Origin: Eledone cirrhosa
Lineage: Eukaryota
DNA: 64,000 bases
Assembly (NCBI GenBank): GCA_964016885.1
Contig: OZ024750.1
Location: 46,686,001-46,750,000, forward strand
Reading direction: 5' to 3'
Positions 30,577 through 42,589 of the stretch are shown one piece after another. Under the pieces are notes generated by a model. The model was not told where the DNA came from. It was given only the letters and a program-made list of their open reading frames with translations, and did no database searches. The position numbers and the translations under genes were made by a program. Position 1 is the first letter of the stretch; each line of letters opens with the position of its first letter.

Positions 30577-31118
30577 AAGTTAAATAAAAGTCAAATGATT
30601 AAAATTTAGCTTCGTTTATTACTGCTATATATATTTCAGTGACAGCCATCTTTGGCTGTGACCTCTTCAGGCAGTTTGAATTAGTATGGTATAGACATGT
30701 ACATATGTTGTTTAGGTGTATAATATTGTCAATACTCTGATATGCCCAGTTCCTTGTTTGGTTGTTAATTCACTGAGGAACTGGAGTCATATGGAGTCGT
30801 ATGACTCCAGTTCCTCAGTGAATTAACAACCAAACAAGGAACTGGGCATATCAGAGTATTGACAATATTATACACCTAAACAACATATGTACTTGTCTAT
30901 ACCATACTAATTCAAACTGCCTGAAGAGGTCACAGCCAAAGATGGCTGTCACTGAAATATATATAGCAGTAATAAACGAAGCTAAATTTTAATCATTTGA
31001 CTTTTATTTAACTTTATTTTACACTACTCCGGAGTAACCAAACCAACCTGCGCACTTCGTCGAGTGCTCTAGCCTGCATACTGAGGTGTTGGTATACAAC
31101 CAACATAAACTCAAAATC

Positions 31119-31122
<4 letters not shown>
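30571..31122. mobile_element. 450-bp near-perfect palindrome plus 100-bp tail (PLE terminus fold-back)
   Basis: Arms 30571-30791 and 30800-31020, tail 31021-31122, (TA)n flanks. Diverged relative at ~17620-17785. Confidence 0.88.
30916..30970 (+). ncRNA. Type-I hammerhead ribozyme (mirror copy 30621-30675, -)
   Basis: ACTGC-CTGAAGA-gGTcACAGCCA aaga TGGCTGTcACt-GAA-ATATATAT-A-GCAGT. Confidence 0.85.
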
Positions 31123-31182
<60 letters not shown>

Positions 31183-32185
31183 TATGTACGACTGCGCGTT
31201 CGCACATATACAAACACAAACACACACATGCACACACATACACACACACACACACATATATATATATTCTAGAACGAAGTACTATCTATCAATTCACATA
31301 CATAAAATTACAGTTCCATATTTATCTCAACAGAAAGGATTATATGCACTTATGCAGCGAATTAAGAATTAGCGTTGACTGTTCAACACTGAATATATTT
31401 GTCAAGAGCTGCGAAAGTATAAACAGATGTGTAATATATGTGAAATGTGTTGTGCTTAAAATATTGCTTCGAATGAGAGCAATCTATCACAACAGAAATA
31501 ACCAAATCACAGACTTAGAAAAAATATTAGAAAAATGAATATTAAGCATACATAAATAAGAAATTACCACCTAGGATATATAGACAGATATATTGCCCCC
31601 AAAATAAGTATAAAGAGGGGAAAAAAATGTGTGCAATCACACACCAACACAATCATTTAAGTATATATGGGTTGAGGGGTAAATTAATGTCTGTTTATGT
31701 GTATAAATATACACACGCACATAGATGTGTGTACGTATAAGTATGCACTTTATTTGAGTGTGTGTGAGTGTGTGTATGTATGTACATATGTGTGTATGTG
31801 TGTGTTTGTATATATATATATGTGCGTGTGTGTGTGTGTTTGTGTGAGTGTAGAACAAAATAGGCAACACTAGTGTATTAGTTCATGCTCGTAAATATTT
31901 ATGATGTGAAGTGGCGAGAAGTCTGAAAGGATCTACATGATGAACAGAAATGTGAAAACTACAATGAATTATACGACATTCGCAGGTGATGATGGTTATT
32001 TAGGTATATAATGAAGATTGAATAGTTTCTAAAAATATTATATTTGCTTTAATCATGGATAGAACCGAAACCTTTCGGCAGACAGAAAATATCTGACGTG
32101 TGAGGACATGATATTTATGATGCTTTATATTTGTATATTTGTCCTACGATCTCCTTCAGATGTCAGTCTCACACTCAGTATATAC

Positions 32186-32186
<1 letters not shown>

Positions 32187-32258
<72 letters not shown>

Positions 32259-32259
32259 T
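32187..32259. repeat. (CT)n microsatellite
   Basis: Direct observation. Confidence 0.95.
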
Positions 32260-32392
32260 GTACAAATGTATGTATGTATGTATATTTCTTATGTACGTAT
32301 TTTCTGATATATGTATTAATAAATTTAATGCCCAGTCATATAAATACATGCACTTGTATATACGTATATATTTTAATAGACATACACGCAAT

Positions 32393-32458
<66 letters not shown>

Positions 32459-32625
32459 CCAAGAGTGCCAAGATTGGAATTGAACCATCAGAAGAGTTGA
32501 GGTATGTCAGACGTCAATTTATTTTATCTGATGAGGACGTAATAAGGAAACAGCACAATACCTCTGAAATATATATAATAACATATATTTGATCACATGA
32601 ATGTCTATATTTATTAATATTTTGA

Positions 32626-32680
<55 letters not shown>

Positions 32681-32725
32681 TGTATATATATATATATATA
32701 TGTATATATAATTATATATATATAT

Positions 32726-32933
32726 AAGAACGAGTAGGACCCCGACGGCTGAGCTCAAGCCGTTTCGACGGCTAATTCTGGACTAAAAAGTTTTAGTCCA
32801 GAATTAGCCGTCGAAACGGCTTGAGCTCAGCCGTTGGGGTCCTACTCGTTCATATTACCCACTCTACTACCCGAAGTATTGAGTACTTTGGTGCGTTATG
32901 TTCGATCTGGTACCTTACCACATTTCCTTCGTT
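32726..32933. mobile_element. Fold-back family A copy
   Basis: Arms meet at ggactaaaa-ag-ttttagtcc; tail on the right. Confidence 0.85.
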
Positions 32934-33042
32934 ATATATATATATATATATATTTATTAAATTAATAGATTGAAGTTTAAGTAAAGAATCGCTGATTTCA
33001 CCCTTAACGGTATTTCAAATTTAATATTATTACTATATATAT

Positions 33043-33111
<69 letters not shown>

Positions 33112-33418
33112 ATTAAACAAATGGAAACTATATTTATAAAACCATATTTATTTCATTATACATATTTCAGGGATACCATATTAAAAATATGGCATGCCTT
33201 CTTCAGATAAAATACAATATATAAGCAGTTTTATAAATAAATTTGACGTACCATAAAATATTGAACAACTTCCATTTAAAAAAGATGGTTTGGTAGTTTA
33301 ATATCGTATATCTACTCCAAAACTTGTTGAGTGCTTTATACCAGTTATAAAATATTTACTCGTTGTAACCCAACAATTTTAAATAAAACTTTTGCATATA
33401 TATATATATATATATATG

Positions 33419-35329
33419 AGGGTGTTAAAGTTTGCTTGAAGCATTGTGAAATGTGTAAAATACGTAATTTAGAAAGCCACAACAATGCAGAGGGAAATCT
33501 CGAGGTAGGAAGTGAATGATAGATAGGAGAATAGGATAAAATGAAAATTGAGAGAGACAAAGATGAAAACAAAACAAAGGTAGAAGGGTTACCGTAGTGG
33601 AGATTTAATCCCAATATTTCGGGCTCACGCCCATCAACGGGGGAAAGTTCCAAAAGGGGGGGGGGACAGGCTAGGCGGAGAAAGTTGTGATGTCGTTAAA
33701 ACAGGAATGCCGTTATGGGGAGAAAAAATATTTTAAATTTAACGCCCTCCTCGACTTCCGTATCAACATCTCGGAAGAAGGAGACATAAACACCACCTTC
33801 TACCGCAAAGCAGCGTGCAAGGACTTATTTGTGCATTACAACTCAGCCCTCCCCAACAACGCTAAGAGAGGCTATGTCCTAAATGAACTGACACGGATCA
33901 CTAACAGATGCAGCGACCCGATGGGTGGTCTCACCCATACCACGTAATTCCGTAATCTACTCAGGTCTAATGGATATCCCAAGCGACTGATTAACGGAAT
34001 TAGAGACCCCAGACCCAATAGACAGACACCCACTAGAAACTTAAATAAAAGCAGGTGCTTCTTTAAAATCCCCCACCTGAGTGAATATACCACGAACGCC
34101 ATCCGCAGGGCCATACGGACGGAGGGACTTGACATACATTTGGCCCACACAGGACCTTCGCTGCGAAGATGCCTCTCCAACAAACCCTACGAGTCAGATG
34201 GGACGTGTTCCCTCAGCAACTGCCCGATACGGGGGGCAGATTGCCTACGCACCTATGTCGTATATAAGAATCAATGCGATAAATGTAACAAGTTTTACAT
34301 AGGTAGCACCATCCGACCCCTACATGTTCGTATCAAGGAACATATCAACACCAACGCATCTTCCTTCCGTAAACACATCCTTAAATGCTGAAACCCACAG
34401 GGTAGAACCTTGGTCACAGTCCTAGCGACTGAACGCAGCATCGGATCCTTAAGTATAAAGGAAGCACTTGTTATTAAGAACCTCAGACCCCCACTTAACA
34501 ACCGGGCTGAGAGAAATGAGCTGACATGGCTAACTTAACCATAGTGACCATTCCCAGCCCTTACGGCCTGCTATTTTCACACACACGCACGTATATGCAT
34601 ACCCATACGCATACACACACACACATCTATATTTATACACGCACACATGTTTTTACAACCTACCACCTTTCACACCCTTTGATTTCCAGCTTCTACAGCC
34701 CACTATCTTTCACACACACACGCACTCACACATATACACACACAGTTACACACACATGCATACCCATACGCTTACACACACACATCTATATTTATACACG
34801 CACACATGTTTTACAACCTACCACCTTTCACACCCTTTGATTTCCAGCTTCTACAGCCCACTATCTTTCACACACACACACACTCACACATATACACACT
34901 TACACATATACACACACAGTTACACACACATATATATTTACACACACATATTTTACGGCTTTCACACGCTAGCGCACCCTCTTGATTTAACCCATTTGGT
35001 CAGTAGCTTTTGCCACAGCCTATCACGCGCACGCGCATTCTTTCCCTCATTTAAATTTAAAATAATTTTTCTCCCCATAACGGCATTCCTGTTTTAACGA
35101 CATCACAACTTTCTCCGCCTAGCCTGTTTCCCCCCCTTTTGGAACTTTCCCCCGTTGATGTGCGTGAGCCCGAAATATTGGGATTAAATCTCCACTACGG
35201 TAACCCTTCTACCTTTGTTTTGTTTTCATCTTTGTCTCTCTCAATTTTCACTTTATCCTATTCTCCTATCTATCAATCACTTCCTACCTCGAGATTTCCC
35301 TCTGCATTGTTGTGGCTTTCTAAATTACG

Positions 35330-35335
<6 letters not shown>
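33419..35335 (+). mobile_element. 5'-truncated Penelope-like element with an inverted pLTR
   Basis: RT C-terminus (LLDFRINI..TTFYRKA...VHYNSALP) and GIY-YIG (VVYKNQCDKCNKFYIGSTIRPLHVRIKEH...KEALVIKNLRPPLN) in one frame with two stops. 33457-33742 mirrors 35049-35335. Hammerhead-like TCCC-CCGTTGA..GAA-ATAT-T-GGGA at 35148-35183 and 33609-33644. Confidence 0.9.
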
Positions 35336-35391
<56 letters not shown>

Positions 35392-35607
35392 GTGTGTGTA
35401 AATATGATAATAATGGAGCTGCGGCGCTGCAAATGGGTTACATATGAAAACGTTTGTCCTCATCAGTGGCCTTCCAACCGTCGTAGGCATTTCGTCGCAT
35501 TAAAGGCCATATACCTCAGGTTGGTGCGAGCAACGGCTAAAAAAAGTCGTTGGGACACGTAAATAAAGGGGACGCTAGGGTAAACAAACAAAATGGTTTA
35601 AGCAACA

Positions 35608-35657
<50 letters not shown>

Positions 35658-35961
35658 GTCTGGATCGTTCGTCAGATATAGATTTTATAAATAATTATAT
35701 ATATATATATATGTGTGTGTGTGCGTGTGATTCCGTACATATAGAAGTGATGAGCGTTGAAAAATACAATAATCAACCAGAATGTGTTAGACATTTTTGG
35801 GGTATTAAAAAAGACCTTTTTTTGATCGAGTGTATTCAAATCTGTAACATAACTCCGGTAGAACGTGAGTCGCTCTCTCTCCCTGTAGATAAAATAAAGT
35901 ACCAGTAATGCACTGGGTAATTACTGGCCATGTGCTTAAAGTAGAAACAATTATTATTAAT

Positions 35962-36150
35962 GGCGGTGGATTGGCAGTATCGGTAGAGGGTCGGACGCCA
36001 TGCTTTGCAGCACAGTTACGTCCCTTTACGCACTGAGTTCAAATCCCGCGACGTTAACTATGCCTTTCATCTTTACGGGGTCGATAAAATAGAGTACCAG
36101 TAATACACTGGGATATTTGCTGGCCTTGTTCTAAAAGTAGAAACAATTAT
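35962..36150 (+). mobile_element. SINE family 1, full length, tandem to a partial copy at 35880-35955
   Basis: A and B boxes present; flanked by ttattattaa. Confidence 0.9.
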
Positions 36151-36509
36151 TATTAAGGAAAAAAAAAAACTCTACCTTACAGCAGATTAAGGTAATGTTT
36201 CCTAAAATATCTAAATGTTTAAAGGAATGAAATGTTAGGCAGAGAAAGACTGAAAAGAAGATATACTTTATTATTACTATACTAGCTGGCCCCGTTCCGT
36301 CAAAATGACAGACCAGTGTAATATATATACATAATAAAAATGTCTGTTTGTTTATTTTGTTTGTTGGTTGGATGATTCCTTCATGCTCACTCAAACAAGT
36401 GATACAAAAATACAAACACACAGCTGTGACGAATCTTAGAAGGCTGGACACTTAAAGTTAAACACCACAGCCCCTTCCTCAGCCATCATATAGATAATGT
36501 ATGTGCATT

Positions 36510-36700
36510 AGACATCCCTTCCTTCCCCCAGTCGAAATAATCACCCCTTCCTTCCTAAGTCGAGGTAATCACCCCTTTCTTTCTCAGTTGACATAATCAC
36601 CCCTTCCTTCCTCAGTCGACGTAAGCCCCTTCCTTCCCAAGTGGACGTAATCACCCCTTCCTTCCTCCGTCGATGTAATCACCCCTTACTTCCTTAGTCA
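36510..36700. repeat. ~28-bp minisatellite (aatcaccccttccttcctcagtcgacgt), ~7 units
   Basis: Direct observation. Confidence 0.85.
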
Positions 36701-36740
36701 TCTCTAGTGTGTGATGGACAAATATACAATGCTATTATTA

Positions 36741-36920
36741 TTGGCAGTATCAGTAGAGGGTCGGACGCCATGCTTTGAAGCATAGAGTTACATCCCTGTA
36801 TAATCTGAGTTCAAATCCCGCCGAGGTTAACTTTGCCTCTCATCCTTCCGGGGTCGATAAAATGAAGTACCAGTAATGCATTGTGTAATTGCTGGCCTTT
36901 TGCCAAAAGTAGAAACAAAT
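36741..36920 (+). mobile_element. SINE family 1
   Basis: Consensus match. Confidence 0.85.
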
Positions 36921-37894
36921 ATTATATTGCTATATTTATCGTTGAAGTTAGAATCATTTCTCGGTACTTATTCGAACTCAATATAGTCTGGGTTTAATCG
37001 CTCCGAAGTTAACTCTCGCTTTCAACCTTGCTGGGTCAGTAAATAATGTACCAGTTCACAGATGGTTGCTTTGCATAACAGTTAAATATTAAGACAGAAT
37101 AAGAGTATATTCTCTGTTCCGAATCTTTACATTCTGAGTTCAAATAGAACCATTGCAGAGTAATGGATTTATGCTTCCGATATCGGCAATATGAAATACA
37201 ATGGAAAAATAGTTTGCTTGATTAGAATAGAGAAGCGGGTTGTTTTCTTTATTTTTAGTATAAAGATATTTGTATACTACCATTCTACAGCTGGTTTGGC
37301 TAATTAAACATGACTACTACTCCAACGTATATATATATATAAACAGACTAAATAAAGATGGCGTAGAAAATCCAATGCAACGGGAGGAAACAATATCACC
37401 ACTGACGATGTTGCAGATGTGCAACGAAAGAACTTTGATAAACTATATATATGTGTTTGTGTCTATATTGTATCTGTATTAATGTTGACCGTCGGTCAGT
37501 CAATGGCAACATTGAGGACCGAATAAATTAGATTACCGATATAAAAGACACAGAAGCGAAAAGCGAAAACCAACCAAACAGTGAGTGTGTTCTGTTATTA
37601 ATTCTGGCAATATTACACAAATATGACCCTCATATATATATATATATATGAGTGAACTTATTGTATAATCAATAATATGGTGTATGTTTATTTAAAAACA
37701 TTTTGAAGGCCTTTCGCTATGAACATACAGAGGTGTTTCAGCAAAAAGAAAGGGAATAAGCGCAGCGTTTAGAAGTTATCAAGGTTATATACACCTTTCT
37801 GATTTTTTACTGCGAGCTATAGAAACTGGATTCTTATAGAATATCAGTTATGTTTATGAACTGTTTAATCTCATTAAAATACATTAATTATCAT

Positions 37895-38074
37895 TGGATT
37901 GGCAGTATCGGTAGAGGGTCGGGCGCCATGCTTTCCAGCATAGTTACGTCCCTTTACGATCTGAGTTCAAATCCCGCCGAGGTTGACTTTGCCTTTCATC
38001 CTTACGGGGTCGATAAAATAAAGTACCAGTAATGCACTGAGTAATTGCTGGCTTTGTGCCTAAAGTAGAAACAA
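37895..38074 (+). mobile_element. SINE family 1 with TSD
   Basis: TSD ttaattatcat at 37884-37894 and 38075-38085. Confidence 0.9.
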
Positions 38075-38537
38075 TTAATTATCATATAGAACGGTTGCCG
38101 GCCCAGCAATAATTAGAAATTTGTGTTGAAGTACATATATATATATACATACAGACATACATGCAAGACATATAATTATACTAGATTTACACAGTGCAGT
38201 ATATTAATATTGTGCTATAAAATATGTTCCTAAACTGAATTTTTCATGTGATAAGAAAATTCCATTTCGTCTCATATCTATAGCATCTATACTTGTATAG
38301 GTTTCGTAAGACATTGGAAATAGATAAATAAGACACCAACGACACGCACATATAAATGTATTTATAGTTACACCCACCACACCCCCACCCACACACCCAC
38401 ACATACACATGTATATATAACGTAGTAATGTATGATGTATATATATATATATAACTCTAGTAGTTAAAGCGTTTCTTACATAGGTTATTTCATATATATA
38501 CATGTACATAGATACATACACACACACGCGCACACAC

Positions 38538-38627
<90 letters not shown>

Positions 38628-38715
38628 TGTGTGTATGTATGGTTGCACGTGTGTTCTTGCGCAAACGTGGATTTGAAGATAAAAAGACAAAAAAAAGAAA
38701 GCTTAGAACACGTAC

Positions 38716-38902
38716 AGTCGCCTTGCCGCATCAACGAGCTGACAGTAAACCAGAGGCTGTTTAGAATAGTAAATTGGTTTTCCACTACATCAGAATCTGG
38801 GTTGCATGGATGTGGGTTATACCATTCATAAGGACTAAAGCGAGCAAGTACGAACAGCATAAAACTGACGCACAAATACGCTGCTACCACATACACCCAT
38901 AC
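38716..38902 (-). CDS. GRIK-like: Internal exon of a kainate-type ionotropic glutamate receptor (M1, M1-M2 loop, M2 pore loop)
   Basis: Translates [61 protein letters not shown], closely matching vertebrate GluK2 ([38 protein letters not shown]). Acceptor ttttctctttgcag ends at 38903 (phase 0). The donor is either GTACGT after 38716 or GC after 38722, both phase 1. Confidence 0.93.
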
Positions 38903-39344
38903 CTGCAAAGAGAAAAGTGATTTTTTTTTAGTTATAGACAATATGTTAATGAACAGAAAACAGAATAATGTTGAGAGTGTGAAAATATGCTGCAAGCAAG
39001 AAATAATTCAGAATGAATATTGTTAGAACAACAGAATAGAGAATAAAACGAAAGACAATGGGAAAAAAATACTTTATACCTTTACAGGAATAACATTGGA
39101 ACATGTTAATAACTAATGATTTAGTTATACAGAATGGCTGACTAAACAGAAACGTGATTTCATCCTGTTACACATGTTTCCGTCCCTTTATTTTTTTACT
39201 CTCAAGTATCCTTCTTTTATTCATGTATCTTTCCTTTTACTTTTCGATGAGGGACTAAAGCCCGAAATTTTAAGTTTATTACATCCACACCCAATAAGGG
39301 TTGTAGGTATATCATATAACTTACTGCTCAATCCTTACGGAAAG

Positions 39345-39821
39345 TAGAATGAGAGTGGATGATAGAAAACGATCAGGTGAAGGTGCTGTGGGATTTTAGG
39401 ATACAGACGGACAAGAAACTGGAACACAATAGACCTGACCTGGTGGTTGTGGACAAAGAAAAAAGATCGTGCCTGATTGTGGATGTGACCTGCCGATTCG
39501 CCACGAGAGTGCAAGAGAAGGAGATGGAGAAAATTAACCGATACCAGGACTTAAAGTGGGAGGTAAAAAGGATTTGGAACTGCCATGATGTCAAAGTGGT
39601 CCCTATTGTCATAGGCGCACTAGGGACTATCTCAAAAAGTTTCCAGGGATGGTTAAAGAAAATTGGCCCCTTCACGCTTTTTGGAACGCTTCAAAAGGCA
39701 TGCTTGCTGGGAACAGCAAGAACCCTCCGATACGTCCTGAATATCTGAGGCTGCAGGTAGTGGCTTGATATTCATTTCAACAAACTTTCCAGTTAACTTA
39801 CATCAATGAATGAGACTCAAA

Positions 39822-39883
<62 letters not shown>
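39345..39883 (+). mobile_element. 3' fragment of an R4/Dong-clade non-LTR retrotransposon (restriction-like endonuclease domain) ending in (AAT)n
   Basis: ENDQVKVLWDFRIQTD...NRPDLVVVDK....IVDV...EKINRYQDL...VVPIVIGALG...LQKACLLGTARTLR: PD-(D/E)xK RLE C-terminus, short 3' UTR, ~20 AAT units. Confidence 0.88.
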
Positions 39884-39885
<2 letters not shown>

Positions 39886-40080
39886 TGTTTCTACTTTAGG
39901 CACAAGGCCAGCAAATAACCAGTGCATTACTGGTACTTTATTTTATCGACCCCGTAAGGATGAAAGGCAAAGTCAACCTCGGCGGGATTTGAACTCAGAT
40001 CCTAAAGGGACGTAACTATGCTGGAAAGCATGGCATCCGACCCTCTACCGATAATGCCAATCCACCACCAATCCACCGCC
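39884..40080 (-). mobile_element. SINE family 1, full length
   Basis: Consensus match; its tail abuts the (AAT)n tract. Confidence 0.9.
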
Positions 40081-40554
40081 CTTAATAAGGATGTTAACAT
40101 ATACTTTAATAGGATAGTGTATAGTTGAGTAATTTGACACAATTCTTTTGCATGTACTTATTTTATCGATACCGAATTATGAAAGAGATTGTAGATAGTG
40201 ACGATACTTAATGTTCTCCATTTTCTAAAGAGTAGTATATGCTGGATGAAGTTTACATTCAAATATCAATTAGTAACGGCTCCTGGATTATGTCTGGGGT
40301 TTATGAATTTGTAACAAACCGTTAAAGTTTGAAGGGAGGAGGTGGTACATAAACTAAGGGAGGTAATTCAAATAAGGGAGGTAATTCACATGAGATGTTA
40401 TAATAAATATTATAGGTTTATGAATGTTTACAATTATATATTAAGTATTATTAAACTTATAAATATAGAGCTACTGACTTATAAGATAAAATAAAATGTG
40501 TCAAACACTTTTTCTACATTACAGGGAGCTTATACGCCTCATTGTTAAATAACA

Positions 40555-40710
40555 CCAGGCTTTGACGCTTTGAGTTACGGCCCTTGCCATTCTGATTTCA
40601 AATCCCGCCAAGGTTAACTTTGCCCTTCATCATTACGGGGTCGATAAAATAAAGTACTAGTAATGTACTGGGTAATTGCTGGCCTTGTGCCTAAAGTAGA
40701 AACAATTATT
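40555..40710 (+). mobile_element. SINE family 1 (5' truncated)
   Basis: Core and 3' end match the consensus. Confidence 0.8.
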
Positions 40711-40865
40711 AGATTATTTTCTAAAGTCAAAACCAAATTGGAAGCTGGTAATTCAATTCAAATTCAAAATGTTACTGTCTTCTAAAGCACATGGAACTGA
40801 TTACATGCACACTCACATACTCACACAATCACACACATACACATACACAAGCACACATACCCCCC

Positions 40866-40940
<75 letters not shown>

Positions 40941-40972
40941 ATGTGAGTGTATATATATATATATGTATATAT

Positions 40973-41397
40973 AAGATCAAAAGATGGTTAAAGGAGTTCA
41001 ATATATTTTATTATGCGCATTTCAAAAACAAACATCATCAAACAATAATATTTGTGTTTTCATCAGATAAAACAGGAGAACATGATATGAAGGCTAAAAA
41101 AACACTTGTTGATAGTGCAGTTTTAAATCAACATATCATGATATGTTGATTTAAAACTGCACTATCTGATGAAAACTGTTTTATCTGATGAAAACACAAA
41201 TATTATTGTTTGATGATGTTTGTTTTTGAAATGCGCATAATAAAATATATTGAACTCCTTTAACCATCTTTTGATCTTTTGATCTTTTGATCTTTTGATC
41301 TTATATTATGCATACTCCAGTCCCACATACTGTAGAGTGCTTCTTATCCGATATCTGCATTGCTTTATTGTACTACAATAAAACTCACCTCCTACAT
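40973..41397. mobile_element. Fold-back insertion with two hammerheads, an inner perfect palindrome and a tail
   Basis: Arms 40973-41075 and 41176-41277; inner palindrome 41111-41166; (GATCTTTT)x4; tail 41301-41397. Confidence 0.85.
41179..41245 (+). ncRNA. Type-I hammerhead ribozyme (mirror copy 41006-41072, -)
   Basis: TTTTAT-CTGATGA-AAAC...GTTTtt-GAA-ATGCGCAT-A-ATAAAA. Confidence 0.75.
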
Positions 41398-41398
41398 A

Positions 41399-41463
<65 letters not shown>

Positions 41464-41469
41464 ATGTGA

Positions 41470-41539
<70 letters not shown>

Positions 41540-41542
41540 CCT

Positions 41543-41594
<52 letters not shown>

Positions 41595-41598
<4 letters not shown>

Positions 41599-41730
41599 AA
41601 GGAGGTGTGGTAAGGAACCAGATGGACCATAACGCACTAGAGTACTCAATACTTGGGGTAGTAGAGTGGGTAAAAGGAAAATATTTAACCCTGACGGCAG
41701 AGCTCAAGCCTTTTCGACGGCTATTTCTGC
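41595..41730 (-). mobile_element. Family A single-arm copy (subfamily B)
   Basis: Tail plus half-ribozyme; no second arm. Confidence 0.8.
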
Positions 41731-42339
41731 GTCCATTTTGGTATATATACATATATATATATATATTTATGAAGGTGTGGTGCCCCAGCATTGCCTCAGC
41801 CAAATGGCTGGAACAGGTAACAGAGTATGAGAATATATGTGTAATGTAATACAAAAGAAAACAAAGAAACAAAGCAATAGTCAGCAGCAAAAGAAACATT
41901 TCCAGACGGGAAGAAGAACAACATATGGAAACATTGTAGTACCGGAAGTCTTGTCTGAGACGGTCATCACCAGACACAGGGAGTGTTTCATAGATACGTG
42001 TACTAGAAGTGTTTACATGTAAATCCTAAAAATAACACATAAGTAACCTCTGCCGCAGGACATCAGTAACACACTGTATGTACGCATTTATAGCTAAATA
42101 CTTACACACACACAGAGCTGCTCGTTCTCATATCAATAAAGAGAAGTGTGTATATCAGTGTATCTGTACATACATAATCAGAAAGAAATTTTGAGAAATT
42201 ATACCCACCTTCCCGCTGTTGATATTATATATTACATGAACATGTCTGCATAACTTCAAACACACGCGCTTCCATAACTATCTATCTATCTATCCATCCA
42301 TATCCCTTTCTCTCTCCCTCTCCCTCGTTTCTCTCTCTC

Positions 42340-42372
<33 letters not shown>

Positions 42373-42376
<4 letters not shown>

Positions 42377-42551
42377 GTTTCTACTTTAGGCACAAGGCCA
42401 GCAATTACCAAGTACATTACTGGTACTTTATTTTATCGACACCGTAAGGATGAAAGGCAAAGTTAACCTCGGCGGGATTTGAACTCAGACTGTAAAGGGA
42501 CGTAACTATGCTATAAAGCATGGCGTCCGACTCTCTACCGATACTGCCAAT
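42373..42551 (-). mobile_element. SINE family 1
   Basis: Consensus match. Confidence 0.88.
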
Positions 42552-42589
42552 TCAATATTAGGGATACTATTTATGGTTATGTATATATT

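Noticed and set aside
30571-31020. Long palindromes as sequencing or assembly fold-back artefacts
   Set aside because: Arms carry mismatches, family-specific asymmetric tails and one-sided SINE insertions, and they recur as dispersed families.
34389-34391. In-frame TGA in the PLE GIY-YIG as selenocysteine (as in some Naiad PLEs)
   Set aside because: It follows rather than replaces a Cys, the same frame also has a TAA at 33945-33947, and no SECIS was recognised. Simple decay is more likely.
35410-35560. HDV-like ribozyme suggested by CTGCAAATGGG, GTCCTCAT and GGCTAA
   Set aside because: I could not build P1, P1.1 and P2 in the required order.
35962-36050. tRNA genes at A/B-box motifs
   Set aside because: They are SINE heads with no complete cloverleaf, followed by SINE core and tail.
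36510-36700. CRISPR-like array
   Set aside because: Head-to-tail minisatellite without unique spacers, in a eukaryotic context.
38888-38890. Val at the GluK2 I/V editing position as a second hard-wired edit
   Set aside because: Val is common genomically at this position (e.g. GluK1), and the Y/C site retains Tyr.
38204-38995. 263-aa ORF as a complete gene
   Set aside because: Only 38716/38722-38902 is receptor-like and bounded by splice signals; the rest is intron read-through.
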